Positions 1 to 9,908 of a stretch of 64,000 bases of DNA are shown in pieces. Source of the DNA: an uncultured delta proteobacterium (lineage in GTDB: Bacteria > Myxococcota_A > Polyangia > Fen-1088); the NCBI GenBank assembly GCA_963755125.1, contig CAVWIP010000016.1, positions 64,001 through 128,000 of the forward strand. Direction: 5' to 3'. Position numbers and translations under genes: made by a program. Positions within the stretch are counted from its first letter, which is position 1. The number at the start of each line of letters is the position of its first letter. A model generated the notes under the pieces. That model searched no databases. It was not told the DNA's origin and saw only the letters and a program-made list of their open reading frames with translations.

Positions 1-7
1 ACCACGT

Positions 8-1606
8 CTACGGCCACGACCTCCTCTCGCTATCGTGGAATTGCAGTTGGCCTTTCCCCTGGCAGCCGCGCCACCTGAAGATCCGGATCGCCCCCACGGT
101 GGTGAGCAGCTGGTAGTGCGCGTCGAGAAACCCGACCATGCGCGGGTAGTTTTCGATGGGAAAGGCTTTCCAGTTTCGGAACGCCCGGGCGCCGTCGAGA
201 ATGTAGGTGGCGCGATTGCGATCGAGATCGCCCATCAGTTGATCCCAGTGCTCGGGTCGGATGATGTCAGTGGCCTTGACCCGGCCGGAGCGGATGGCCC
301 AGTTGCCCGGAACGTAGCCACAGATGGTCGAGTACGGGAGCGCGAAGCGACTGGCCAGGGGGAGGTCGGCGGGATAGGCGAACATCGGCCCCGGGCCCCA
401 GGTGAACATCGACGCGCCCTCGAAACAGGCGTCCGCGCGCAAGACATCCGCCACTTTCCTGTACTCGGGGTTGTGTTCCTCCCAGGGGAACTGGTGCCCG
501 CTGAGATAGAGAATGCCGTTGGCCACGCTGAAGCAGACCAGGCTGGCCAGGCCGTAGGCGAGCACCAGCTTGGCCCATCGGCCGAGCGGGAACACGCACA
601 CACCGGCCACAAGCGGCGCCGCGCCGAGCGCCAGCGGCGTGTAGAGCGGGACGAAGTAGTGGGGATACATACGGAAGCCGACGAACACGATGGGAAAGGT
701 GCAGACCAGGGTGCTCCACACCAGGACGCTCTGATGGCGCGACAGCAGAGACCGCCCGCGCACGATCATGATCCACAAGCCGATGGTCGCAGCGACGAAG
801 GGCAAAAAATACTTCGCGATGCGCGCCAGGGCCTCGCCGCCCTCCATCGGCTGCTGCGCGTACCCGAAATTGTAGAACACCGTCCAGTAGAGGAACGCCT
901 GGCTTTCCCCGTACGCCGCGAAAACCGCCCACGCCGCCAGCAGCGGAATGGCCAGGCCCGCGACAAAGGCAGGCAGCAACCACAGCAACGAGCGACGCTG
1001 GCCCCGGCTGGCGAGGAGAGCTGCGAGCACCAGGGCAGGCGACCACGCCAGCGCCTGTTGTTTGAACAACATCGCGATCCCCAGCAGGCCACCCGCACAG
1101 AACAACCAGCCCGCACACCGGCTGCGTTCTTCATCCCGCATCGCCGCGACCGCCCATGTCGCTGGCAGCAGCATCAGGATCTCGCAGTTGGCCGCGTGCA
1201 TGTCGTGCGCCAAGTAGGCCGCACCGAAGATCAGGAAGGTCATGCCCGCCGCGACGCCGCGGCGATCGTGGGCAAAGAAGGTCGACACGCCCAGGGCCGT
1301 GAGCGGCACGGTGACCAGCACCGTCAGCAGGTGAATGGCCAGCATGCCGCGCCCGAAAAGCAACTGGGCCACAGCGTAGTACACATAGAGAAGCGGCGGC
1401 TTGTTGTCGACGAAACCGACATAGAGATGCCGACCCCGCAACAGTTCCCACGAGCCCACGATGTGCATGGCCTCGTCGACGTCCAGGATGTCCACACCCA
1501 TGAGGAAGCCCCGGGTGACGAGGCTGGTCGCCAGGAACAGCAGGAACAGCGCGAGCCCCGGCCAGCGACGGTACAACCCTGCCGCCTGATCGTGAACCCA
1601 GGTCAT
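8..1606 (-). CDS. GT-C fold (ArnT/PMT-like, GT39/GT83-type) integral membrane glycosyltransferase
   Basis: 532 aa with many TM helices; N-terminal 'DVDEAMH...G..LY...VDNKPPLLY' and later 'YPHYF' motifs typical of this family; start overlaps the upstream stop (ATGA, 1603-1606). Confidence 0.8.
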   Translation of the reverse strand: MTWVHDQAAGLYRRWPGLALFLLFLATSLVTRGFLMGVDILDVDEAMHIVGSWELLRGRHLYVGFVDNKPPLLYVYYAVAQLLFGRGMLAIHLLTVLVTVPLTALGVSTFFAHDRRGVAAGMTFLIFGAAYLAHDMHAANCEILMLLPATWAVAAMRDEERSRCAGWLFCAGGLLGIAMLFKQQALAWSPALVLAALLASRGQRRSLLWLLPAFVAGLAIPLLAAWAVFAAYGESQAFLYWTVFYNFGYAQQPMEGGEALARIAKYFLPFVAATIGLWIMIVRGRSLLSRHQSVLVWSTLVCTFPIVFVGFRMYPHYFVPLYTPLALGAAPLVAGVCVFPLGRWAKLVLAYGLASLVCFSVANGILYLSGHQFPWEEHNPEYRKVADVLRADACFEGASMFTWGPGPMFAYPADLPLASRFALPYSTICGYVPGNWAIRSGRVKATDIIRPEHWDQLMGDLDRNRATYILDGARAFRNWKAFPIENYPRMVGFLDAHYQLLTTVGAIRIFRWRGCQGKGQLQFHDSERRSWP

Positions 1607-2616
1607 GGGGGTCCGGGCTCCCGCGCCTCGGGCGCCCCGACCGAACTGCCGGCAGCCGTCTTCCAGTCGAGAAACGCCAGTGGCGTGATCACGCCGTTGG
1701 CGGCGATGGTACGCACGCGCAAGATTACGGTCATGATGACCCCCAGCACGGGGTCGAGGCCGAGAAACTTGAAGAGGAAAAACGAACTGCCCTCTGACAC
1801 GCCCACGCGCGCCGGGAGCACCGCGACCACATATTCAGCCACGTTCAGCGTCGCGTAGGCGAGCGCCACCTGGCCAAAGCTGTAGTGCGCGCCCAGCGCC
1901 CGCAGCGCCACAGCGTAGCTCGCCCATCCTGTCGTGCGCGCCACGATCTGCAGGAAAAAAACCTTCAGATAGGCAACAGGCCTCTCTCGCCAAAACAGCC
2001 TGACCTCGCGGTCGATCTGGCGCGCCACCTCGACCCAGTGGCCCGGATGTCGGCGCAAGACGGGAACGAACGCCAAGATGCGCAGGAAACCCGCGGCTGC
2101 GCCGTAGCGGACCAGCAAGCGCAGGCCGAGGTAGGGAACGAAGGCCAGCGCGTTGGCCGCGAGGATCACTCCCAGATGAAACCCATCGGTTTCGTGGCAC
2201 AGGGCGCAGGCGCACAAGGCCGCCGCCATCGAGAGCGTGGGACGCGAGATCTTGAACACGTAGTTCCAGATGATGGTGCCCGACACGGCCGGCTGGGTTC
2301 CGAACTGCCCGTGCAGCAGCGTCCCTTTCAACACCTCGCCTGATTCCCAGGGCAGGATCAGGTTGAGCATGGAGCCGGCGGCGTTGACCGTGACCGCGAA
2401 GCCCAGACGCAGACGCTGGCCCATGACGACCCACAGGGCCGCGCCGTCTGTCACCGTCTCGATCCAGCCAAGCAGCATGAGCATCGCGAGCGCCGGCCAG
2501 CCCACCCGCTGGAGCGCGCTGCCGACGGTGACCCAGCCGATACGGCCCAGCAGCCAGGCCAGTCCGGCCAGCGACCCGGTCACGCACACGAGCTGGATCA
2601 GGGTCTTGCGTCGCAC
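1603..2616 (-). CDS. Lysylphosphatidylglycerol synthase TM-domain / flippase-like protein (UPF0104-like)
   Basis: Hydrophobic protein with 'NLILPWESGEVLK' and 'PARVGVSEG' motifs; probable GTG start at 2616 overlapping the GT4 gene end. Confidence 0.7.
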   Translation of the reverse strand: MRRKTLIQLVCVTGSLAGLAWLLGRIGWVTVGSALQRVGWPALAMLMLLGWIETVTDGAALWVVMGQRLRLGFAVTVNAAGSMLNLILPWESGEVLKGTLLHGQFGTQPAVSGTIIWNYVFKISRPTLSMAAALCACALCHETDGFHLGVILAANALAFVPYLGLRLLVRYGAAAGFLRILAFVPVLRRHPGHWVEVARQIDREVRLFWRERPVAYLKVFFLQIVARTTGWASYAVALRALGAHYSFGQVALAYATLNVAEYVVAVLPARVGVSEGSSFFLFKFLGLDPVLGVIMTVILRVRTIAANGVITPLAFLDWKTAAGSSVGAPEAREPGPP

Positions 2617-3764
2617 GACCGCCCCTCGATCAGCCGCTGATAGAGATCCCCGTGCAGCTTGCCCACGTTCTCCCAACTCGTCAGCTCGGCGAAGCGTCGA
2701 ATCTTCTCCTTCATCTGGCGCGCCCATTCCTCGTCGCACAGCAGACGCACCATGGTCTCGGTCCATGCCTCGCGGTCGTTAGGATCCGCGGTCAAGGCGC
2801 GGTCGATGCTCAGCTCGACTTCGTCGAACTTGGCGATACGCGAACAGAGCATCAACTTGCCCATGCCGGCGGTCTCGTGCATCACGCCGCTGACCGAGCT
2901 GTAGTCTTGCCGGTAGGGCATGGCCACCACGTCGGCCGTCGCGTACACCGTGGAAACCAGGTCCTGGGGGATGAAGCCGCCCCAGAAGCGACAGCGACGC
3001 GAGACACCGAGCAGAGCCCCGCGCGCGCGCAGGGCGCTGACGTAGAAGGACCAGCGCCGGTGGCGCGTGTGACCACCGATCAGGAGAAAAGCCTCGGGCA
3101 CCTGTCGCAGCACGCCTCGGAACACGTCGAGCAGGAACTCGATGCCCTTGCCCAGCCAGAGGAAACCGAAGAACAGAATCACCTTGGCGCCCTGTGGAAT
3201 CTGCAGTCGGGCGCGACTTGCCGCCACGTCGCCCTCGGGCAGGATGCGGCTGCCGTGCGGAACCACGGCGATGAGATCAGGCGCCACCCCGCGCGTGATG
3301 AGATCGTGCTTCATGCGCGGGCTGTGCACGGTGATGAGCGACGCGTGCTCGGCCATGGCCCGGTCGAAAGCGGCCGCGCTGCGCCCAGGCCGGTAGCCCG
3401 AACGCCAGGCTTCCGGGTACACGGAGTGCACGTTGACCACCGGACGCACGCCCATCTCGCGCAGCCGGGCCAGCAGGCGCGGGAGGCGGTTGTCATGGCC
3501 GAAGAGGTCCGGGGCGTACTGGACGATCAGCACGTCGGGCCGTGCGACCGCGGCCGCAGCGGCGATGGGCTCTACGTAGTCTTCATCGCGGCGGTAGCAC
3601 GGGATGCATTCATACGCGTCGGTCTGGGCCGGGGCCGATCCGATCTCCGCCAGGATGGTGTGGCGTAGGGGGCGATGGGCACGCATGCCCTGGATGAGCA
3701 GGTCCGTATAGAGCGACAGCCCGTAGCCGATGGGCCAGAAGGTGCTCAGGTGGGCGATCTTCAT
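2598..3764 (-). CDS. GT-B glycosyltransferase family 4
   Basis: MKIAHLSTFWP start; 'FFGFLWLGKGIE' and 'ADVVAMPY...SVSGV' motifs; ATG overlaps the radical SAM stop (ATGA, 3761-3764). Confidence 0.85.
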   Translation of the reverse strand: MKIAHLSTFWPIGYGLSLYTDLLIQGMRAHRPLRHTILAEIGSAPAQTDAYECIPCYRRDEDYVEPIAAAAAVARPDVLIVQYAPDLFGHDNRLPRLLARLREMGVRPVVNVHSVYPEAWRSGYRPGRSAAAFDRAMAEHASLITVHSPRMKHDLITRGVAPDLIAVVPHGSRILPEGDVAASRARLQIPQGAKVILFFGFLWLGKGIEFLLDVFRGVLRQVPEAFLLIGGHTRHRRWSFYVSALRARGALLGVSRRCRFWGGFIPQDLVSTVYATADVVAMPYRQDYSSVSGVMHETAGMGKLMLCSRIAKFDEVELSIDRALTADPNDREAWTETMVRLLCDEEWARQMKEKIRRFAELTSWENVGKLHGDLYQRLIEGRSCDARP

Positions 3765-4768
3765 GGCGGCGGGGGACTCGCGCGAAACTTCGCCTTGTGC
3801 TTGATGAACGGCCGATAGCGCAAGAGATAGTATGCGTAGGCGAGGCCGAACTGCACACGACGCGGCCAGGAAAGCCCGTCGAAGCTCGGCCAGAACAGGT
3901 TGCACGTGCCGCAAGGTGGGATCTGCTTGCGCCGTCCCGTGCGATGCATCTCGCGGTATGTACGCGCACGCGGGCCATTGTAGATGTCGAGAATCGATTC
4001 CTTGCGCGCGTCACCCCAGCCGAACTTCCCTTCCGTGTCCATGCAACACAAAGTCACCAGCCCGTTCGACAGAATATCGACGCGCGTGATGTGCTCGCAG
4101 GGGAACGACGGCACCGGCAGCGAGCTGGTGACGTCGCCCACGTAGTTGAACAGGCCGACGATCATGCAGTTGACCCTGCGCTGCTCGCAGTAGACAACGA
4201 AGCGCGCCTGGTCGGCGGCGGTGGTGTCGTTGGTGCGAGTCATGCGCACGGTGATCTCGCGCGCCAGCCGGCCTCGGCGCGAGGGATCGACGAGATACTC
4301 GATGTTGTTCAGCGTGCGATCGAGCCGCAGCCCCATGACCGCCTCGTACTTGGCCGGATCCAGGGTATTGAGGCTGATGAAGAGATGGTCGATGCCCACG
4401 CCCTGCAACTCGTCGACCCGCTTGGGCACCAGAGCAAAGCCGTTGGTGTAGAGCCGTAGCTTGGTGGCCGGCAGCCGTTCGCGCAGGTACTTCAGGCGCG
4501 GGACGATCTGCGGATCCATGAACGGCTCGCCGTTGAGAAACGGCTCGATGGCCTGCACCTGGAAGGTGGCACAGTCGTCGATGATCTTGCGGTAGAGATC
4601 GTCCGCCATCACCTCCCGGTCGCGATTCATGGCGCTATTGGGACAGAACGCGCACTTGGCGTTGCACGCGTTGGTGGTTTCGATGGCGACCAGGCGCGGG
4701 ATCTCGATCTTGTCGCGCATGTGAGTCAGTTTGTTCGACCCCATGGTCGGAAAGTGGCGGTTGTTCAT
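3761..4768 (-). CDS. Radical SAM enzyme with twitch/SPASM auxiliary Fe-S domain (BtrN-like architecture)
   Basis: CNAKCAFC (CxxxCxxC), GEPF and YTNG motifs; C-terminal 'PC...LCCMD...G...CGTC'; start uncertain (4768, 4744 or 4720). Confidence 0.85.
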   Translation of the reverse strand: MNNRHFPTMGSNKLTHMRDKIEIPRLVAIETTNACNAKCAFCPNSAMNRDREVMADDLYRKIIDDCATFQVQAIEPFLNGEPFMDPQIVPRLKYLRERLPATKLRLYTNGFALVPKRVDELQGVGIDHLFISLNTLDPAKYEAVMGLRLDRTLNNIEYLVDPSRRGRLAREITVRMTRTNDTTAADQARFVVYCEQRRVNCMIVGLFNYVGDVTSSLPVPSFPCEHITRVDILSNGLVTLCCMDTEGKFGWGDARKESILDIYNGPRARTYREMHRTGRRKQIPPCGTCNLFWPSFDGLSWPRRVQFGLAYAYYLLRYRPFIKHKAKFRASPPPP

Positions 4769-4917
4769 CACGAAGAGCGAAGAGATTGGCCCGGCGCGCG
4801 GCCGTCGGTCTAGCCTACGTTCGGCCGGGTCGGAGGCCAAGTGCAACCTAGGGCAGTCCTGGTTTCCGCCGGAAGTGGTTTCCCCACACGCGATCTCGTG
4901 CTAGCAATCCCCGAAAC

Positions 4918-6051
4918 ATGAAGCGACCACTGCGCGGTGCAATAGTCGGCTACGGATTCATCGCTGGTCAAGGCCACGCGCCGACCTATGCCAAGCACAT
5001 GGGCAACGGCCGAGCAGTTGAGATCACGGCCCTTGCCGACATCTGCGAAGCCCGCCGGCAGGCAGCGCACGAGATGTTTCCCTCGGCCCACATCTACCCG
5101 GACCACGCCTCGCTGCTCGCCGCCGAGGCCGGGGAGCTGGATTTCCTCGATGTTGCCACGCCCCCGGCCCACCATGCCGAAATCGCCCGTGCTGCGCTCA
5201 GCCGAGGGCTGCACGTGTTGTGCGAGAAGCCCATGGCGACCACCGCCGAAGACGCCCGGGCCATGCTTCGACACGCGCGCGAAGCACGCCGGGTGATCTT
5301 CCCCTGTCACAACTACAAACATGCGCCGGTGGTCAAGGTCGTGCGCGGCATTCTGAATGAGGGAGTCATCGGCCCGGTGCACCTGGTGACCATGCAGACG
5401 TTCCGCAACACACACGCCAAGGGCGTGGAGGAATGGCGTCCTGACTGGCGCCGCGAGCGCGCCCTATCGGGTGGCGGCATCGCCATGGATCACGGCAGCC
5501 ACACCTTCTACCTGGCCTTTGACTGGATGGCGGCCTACCCCACCGCCCTGACCGCCCATTCTTCGACCACCGACGGCCACGACACCGAGGATGTCTTCGG
5601 CTGCACCCTGACCTTCCCGACCGGCGTCGTGTCAGCCCACCTTTCGTGGACCGCGGGCGTGCGCAAGGTCATGTACACGCTGCACGGCAAGAATGGCGCA
5701 ATCCGGGTTGAGGACGAGGATGTCGAGCTGGCCGTGCTGGAAGCGGGGCCCGGCGTGGTCGCGCCTGGATCACCGGGACAGTGGCGTTTCGAGCGCCGGG
5801 TAGCGCCGTCCGACTGGATGGACGCCAGTCACGTGGGCTGGTTCAGCTCGCTGTTTGACGAGTTCCGCGGCGCGATCGCGCGCGGCGAGTACGTGGGCAA
5901 GGACGCCATGGAGGCCTGCCTGTGCGTCGATCTCATCGAACGCGCCTACCGGTCTGCTGCCGAGGGCAGCCGCCTCGTCGACCTGCCCGATGGCGCCGTC
6001 GACCGGACGACACGGCCGCGCGCCCCGTGGCCTGCTCCGGCGCAGGCGTAG
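4918..6051 (+). CDS. Gfo/Idh/MocA family NAD(P)-dependent oxidoreductase
   Basis: GAIVGYGFI Rossmann motif, 'HVLCEKP', 'GGGIAMDHGSH'. Confidence 0.9.
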   Translation: MKRPLRGAIVGYGFIAGQGHAPTYAKHMGNGRAVEITALADICEARRQAAHEMFPSAHIYPDHASLLAAEAGELDFLDVATPPAHHAEIARAALSRGLHVLCEKPMATTAEDARAMLRHAREARRVIFPCHNYKHAPVVKVVRGILNEGVIGPVHLVTMQTFRNTHAKGVEEWRPDWRRERALSGGGIAMDHGSHTFYLAFDWMAAYPTALTAHSSTTDGHDTEDVFGCTLTFPTGVVSAHLSWTAGVRKVMYTLHGKNGAIRVEDEDVELAVLEAGPGVVAPGSPGQWRFERRVAPSDWMDASHVGWFSSLFDEFRGAIARGEYVGKDAMEACLCVDLIERAYRSAAEGSRLVDLPDGAVDRTTRPRAPWPAPAQA

Positions 6052-6077
6052 GCGGCCCCCCCGCGGCCGCGAGCCCA

Positions 6078-6110
6078 CTCTGTGTCCTCCCCTCTCGCCT
6101 CTGTGTTCTC
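6078..6110. repeat. Short dispersed pyrimidine-rich intergenic repeat, copy 1
   Basis: ctctgtgtcctcccctctcgcctctgtgttctc; 29/33 identical to 21529-21561. Confidence 0.7.
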
Positions 6111-6141
6111 CACCGCGCGGCCGAAGACGCGGAGCCGCAAG

Positions 6142-7368
6142 CTAAGGAATGGTGGAACTGAAAAGTAGATCCATCAACTCCCGACCCTTGAGATTAAGGT
6201 ATCGGCCGGCCGCGCAGGTGGCTTCGTTGTAGCTTCGCAAGGTCGGATCGCCGGATACGCCTTCGCCGGAAACCATGAACGGCACGGGATCGCGGGTGTG
6301 CTTGCGCAGCTTGACCGGCACCGGATGGTCGGGCAGCACCATGACGCGCAACTTGTCGGTGTGGACCCTGCGGTACTCGTCGAGGAAGACCTTGATCAGC
6401 CGACCGTCGCAGTCCTCGATGCCCTTGATCTTGTTCGGCAGATCGCCCAGGTGGCCGCATTCGTCCACCGCCTCGACGTGGACATAGACGAAGTCGTTGC
6501 GGCGCAAAAGGTCCACGGCCGCAGCCGCCTTGTTCTCGTAGTTGGTGTCGAGAAACCCCGTGGCTCCCTCGGGCCGCAGCGACTCCATGCTGCCCAGCAG
6601 GCCGAGACCCAGAATCACGTCGACCGCAGAAATGATGCCGCCCTTCTTGCCATGTAGTCTTTCAAACGATGGCATTTGTGGCTTGCGGCCGCCGGACCAG
6701 GGCCAAATCAGGTTCGCCGGGTTCTTGCCTTCTGCCCGCCGTTTCACATTGACGGCGTGGTCTCCCAGGATCTCGCGCGAGCGGAAGACGAGCTGGCGCA
6801 GAAGCTCGGCCGTGGGCTCGGCCTCGGGCTTGGCCGCCCGCGGGAGAATCTCCCGCCACTTCAGGCCGTGTGACGAATCCGGCTTGTCGTAGGACACATC
6901 AGCAGAGAATTTCTTGCCCACAAGATAAAGAATGTGGCGATAGGACACTCCCCGCTTCAAGCGAATCTCCCGCGTGCCGAGCTTCTCGGACAGAGTCCCG
7001 ATGAGCGCGTCCGCCTCCGACTCGGAGATATGACCTGCTGAGTAGTCTTCGAGGATCTCGCCCTTGACCGTGATCAGGTTCATGCGGAAGGCCACGGTCT
7101 GTTCGTCGAGCGGCACCCCGAGTCCATAGCTCTCGATGGCGCCGCGGCCGGTGTACGCGCTGGCCAGATCCCATCCAAGCACGGACATGTTGGCCACGTC
7201 CGACGACGTCGGAAACGCCTCGGGAAGAGTCACGAAGGTTCCGAACTGCGCCGCCTGCGCCAGCCGGTCAAGGGTCGGCGTGTGCGCGATCTCAACTGGC
7301 GTCTTGCCGCCCAGCTCAGGCAGCGGGTAGTCGGCCATGCCGTCGATGAGAAAGACCACGTATTTCAT
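6142..7368 (-). CDS. apgM: Cofactor-independent phosphoglycerate mutase, archaeal type (ApgM family, alkaline phosphatase superfamily)
   Basis: 'DGMADYP', 'TPTLDRLA', 'SSDVANMSVLG', 'YTGRG', 'HVEAVDECGH' and 'DHP.P...HTRDPVP' motifs. Confidence 0.8.
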   Translation of the reverse strand: MKYVVFLIDGMADYPLPELGGKTPVEIAHTPTLDRLAQAAQFGTFVTLPEAFPTSSDVANMSVLGWDLASAYTGRGAIESYGLGVPLDEQTVAFRMNLITVKGEILEDYSAGHISESEADALIGTLSEKLGTREIRLKRGVSYRHILYLVGKKFSADVSYDKPDSSHGLKWREILPRAAKPEAEPTAELLRQLVFRSREILGDHAVNVKRRAEGKNPANLIWPWSGGRKPQMPSFERLHGKKGGIISAVDVILGLGLLGSMESLRPEGATGFLDTNYENKAAAAVDLLRRNDFVYVHVEAVDECGHLGDLPNKIKGIEDCDGRLIKVFLDEYRRVHTDKLRVMVLPDHPVPVKLRKHTRDPVPFMVSGEGVSGDPTLRSYNEATCAAGRYLNLKGRELMDLLFSSTIP

Positions 7369-7504
7369 GGCATCGGTCTCGCTTTCCGGGCTTGGCATAG
7401 CACGGCGCTGGCCCTGGCGCGTCGCCGAGGTGAACGAGGTCGCTCATCTTGCGGAAACCTGCACGAGTCGCTTCCTGCCACCACGTGTGGCGTCACCATA
7501 GAAC

Positions 7505-7532
7505 TTGACGGACACGGTCACTCGGATATCCT
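7505..7532 (+). promoter_or_regulatory. Putative sigma70-type promoter of the outer-membrane protein gene
   Basis: TTGACG-N16-TATCCT about 57 nt upstream of ATG 7589; GGAGG Shine-Dalgarno downstream. Confidence 0.4.
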
Positions 7533-7588
7533 GGCCGAACTCGGACACTAACCTGACGTGTCATTCTGCCATGGAGGGAAATCCAACG

Positions 7589-8305
7589 ATGCGAAAGAAC
7601 ATTGCGATCCTGTCGATTCTTGCCACGAGCCTGATGTCCTACGCCGCTGTTGCGCAGGACGAGGCTGCCGCCCCGGCTCCCGAAGCTGCTGCTCCTGCAG
7701 CTCCTGAGGCTGCGCCCGCCGCCGCGCCTGCACCCGAATCAGCGCCGGCTCCCGTAGCAGTGGTGGCACCTGCTGACAAGAAAATCCAGGTCGGCATCGC
7801 CTTTTTGCCCATGGTTATGGGCAGGCAAAAGACGTCGGGTCTCGGCCCCAGCAGTACCACCGACCTCAAGCTTGCCTACGGCGTTGGTATCACGGCGGGC
7901 TACGCCGTGATTCCTGGTCTCACGGTGGGCATCGCACCGCAGGTCATCTTCCATCTCATTGGTGATAACAGTTCCGGCGATTCGGCCACGGAGTACGATC
8001 TCATGGTGCGGATAGCCTATGCGTACACCGTGATTCCGAAACTTTCGGTCGGCGTCGAAGTCCTGCCCGGCTATTCCATCATCGCCATCCCGAGCAGCCT
8101 GAAGGAGGACACTAGCTTCGACAACCCCAAGGGCTTTGTTATGGCTTTCGGTGCAGGTGCGGCGTACGACGTCACCGACATGTTCTTCGCAAACGTGGGG
8201 ATCGGCTACCAGATCGGCTTCCAGAGCACCTCGATTATGGGTACCAGTGAGGACATCAAGACGAGCTTCCTGCGCATCCTCGTCGGCGGCGGCGTGAAGT
8301 TCTAG
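7589..8305 (+). CDS. Outer-membrane beta-barrel protein with Ala/Pro-rich N-terminal linker
   Basis: Signal peptide (AVA/Q), APEAA repeats, alternating beta-strands, C-terminal 'GGVKF'. Confidence 0.75.
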   Translation: MRKNIAILSILATSLMSYAAVAQDEAAAPAPEAAAPAAPEAAPAAAPAPESAPAPVAVVAPADKKIQVGIAFLPMVMGRQKTSGLGPSSTTDLKLAYGVGITAGYAVIPGLTVGIAPQVIFHLIGDNSSGDSATEYDLMVRIAYAYTVIPKLSVGVEVLPGYSIIAIPSSLKEDTSFDNPKGFVMAFGAGAAYDVTDMFFANVGIGYQIGFQSTSIMGTSEDIKTSFLRILVGGGVKF

Positions 8306-8329
8306 AACAACAGCAAGGCTTACGTTGCA

Positions 8330-8368
8330 AGGCCCGGCGCCCCGAAAGGGTCACCGGGCTTTTTCTTT
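8330..8368 (+). terminator. Rho-independent terminator
   Basis: Hairpin gcccggcgcccc-gaaa-gggtcaccgggc followed by tttttcttt just after the OMP stop. Confidence 0.8.
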
Positions 8369-8382
8369 GTCTGGTGATCCAC

Positions 8383-8524
8383 CTTCGAGAGCCGGCCGAC
8401 AAGCCGGAGTCGATGGCGAAGCCGCGCCGAGAACCGCACCGGAGCATACTTGGGGTATGTGAGGAGCGGAAGCGCAGACGCGGCGAGCCAGCGGCCCGGA
8501 TCGTCGGCCGTCGGTCAATTGAAG
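8383..8524. repeat. About 140-nt imperfect palindrome (MITE/REP-like)
   Basis: Nested complementary arms: cggccgac/gtcggccg, ccgg/ccgg, tggc/gcca, gccgcg/cgcggc, ccgc/gcgg, catac/gtatg. Confidence 0.65.
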
Positions 8525-8540
8525 ATTTGAAGGAGCGTTG

Positions 8541-9908
8541 CTAGGTGGCGAACCAGCGCTCGCGGTCGACAAGATCGAAAACCTCGCGCAGCACGGCCAG
8601 GCCGTTCTTCGCCGTGGCCTCGTCCATGGTCAGCGCGGGCTGGATGCGAAAGTTGGCAGCATAGGCCATGGTCAGCAGGCCCCGCCGCACGCACTCGTGG
8701 AAGATGCGCTCGGTCACCGGCCGCGGCAGCGGTTCTTTGCCGGCCTTGTCCTTGACCAGCTCAATGCGCATGAACATGCCCGCGCCTTGCACGCAACCCA
8801 CGAAGGGATAGCGATCCACAAAGCCCTCCAGCTCGCGCAGCATCACGGTTCCGACCTGGGCCGAGTTCTCTACCAGGCGCTCGTCCGCAATGATCTTCAG
8901 CGCGGTGGCCCCGGCCACGGCGCCCAGCGGATTTCCCCCGTAGCTCGACGACGAGCCCGAGGGATGGCTCCACGGCTTCGCCACAGAGATCTCGTCGGTA
9001 GTCACGATTCCCGAAAGCGGGAACCCGCCGCCGAACGCCTTGCCTACGGTCATGATGTCAGGCACGACGTCGCTATGGTCCACGCCGAAGTTGCGGCCGG
9101 TGCGGCCCAGCCCGGTGATCATCTCGTCGGCGATGAGCAGCGCGCCCAGGTCGTGGGCCATCTCGCGCACGGCCGGCAGGAACTCCTTGGGCGGGATGAC
9201 GTTGCCCGAGGTGCCCTGCATGGGCTCGACAATCACGGCCGCGATGGAGCCCGCGCTGGACATGCGAGTCTGCTTGCGGGCAAACTCCACGCACGCCAGC
9301 GAGCAGGCGGGATAGGCCAGCTTGAGCGGACAGCGGTAGCAGTCCGCGTAGGGGACCGAGTGCGAGCCCGGCAGCATGGGCCCCAGCTTCTCTTTGAAAC
9401 GCGAGCCCATGAGCGACAGGACGCCCATGGTCTTGCCGTGAAAGCCGCCCCAGAAGCTGACGAACTCGTGCTTGCCGGTGTGGCACTTGGCCAGACGCAG
9501 GGCGCTCTCCACCGCCTCGGCGCCGCTGGAGTAGAGCTGCAACCTGTGCAGCTTGGGCGAGGGTGTAAGCCTGGCCAGGCGCTCGCACAGCTCGACGCGT
9601 GCCTCGCTGGTGAGTGCGCCCACCGACGCGCGTGCCACCTGATCCTGCAACGCCTTGACGTAGGTGGGATGCGAGTGCCCGAGGGCATTGACCGCAATCC
9701 CGCCTATCAAGTCGACGTAGGTGTTGCCGTCGACGTCGGTGATGGCGCTGCCGCGTGCGTCGGCCACGGCGATCCCGGCCATCAGCGCATAGCCCTGCAG
9801 GCCGGGCGCGATGTGCGCGTCCTCGCGCTGGCGCAGCGCCTGGCTGCGTGGGCCAGGAACTGCGGTGACGATGTTGGGCTTCTGGTTCTTGGGCTGCGAC
9901 GGGTTCAT
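8541..9908 (-). CDS. Class III PLP-dependent aminotransferase
   Basis: 'DVDGNTYVDL.GG', 'SGAEAVE', 'FHGKT', 'LIADEMITGLGRTG', 'PDIMTVGKAFGGG' (PLP lysine); ATG overlaps the upstream stop. Confidence 0.9.
   Translation of the reverse strand: MNPSQPKNQKPNIVTAVPGPRSQALRQREDAHIAPGLQGYALMAGIAVADARGSAITDVDGNTYVDLIGGIAVNALGHSHPTYVKALQDQVARASVGALTSEARVELCERLARLTPSPKLHRLQLYSSGAEAVESALRLAKCHTGKHEFVSFWGGFHGKTMGVLSLMGSRFKEKLGPMLPGSHSVPYADCYRCPLKLAYPACSLACVEFARKQTRMSSAGSIAAVIVEPMQGTSGNVIPPKEFLPAVREMAHDLGALLIADEMITGLGRTGRNFGVDHSDVVPDIMTVGKAFGGGFPLSGIVTTDEISVAKPWSHPSGSSSSYGGNPLGAVAGATALKIIADERLVENSAQVGTVMLRELEGFVDRYPFVGCVQGAGMFMRIELVKDKAGKEPLPRPVTERIFHECVRRGLLTMAYAANFRIQPALTMDEATAKNGLAVLREVFDLVDRERWFAT

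Noticed and set aside
35..1858. 607-aa plus-strand ORF (likewise 8538-10175, 16592-18169, 18946-20208, 50528-52021, 59402-60586)
   Set aside because: Antisense or off-frame shadows of well-supported genes in high-GC DNA, with no recognisable motifs
8325..8370. c-di-GMP-I riboswitch (GAAA tetraloop hairpin)
   Set aside because: It lies 3' of a gene, is followed by a U-tract and lacks the second stem, so it is better explained as a terminator
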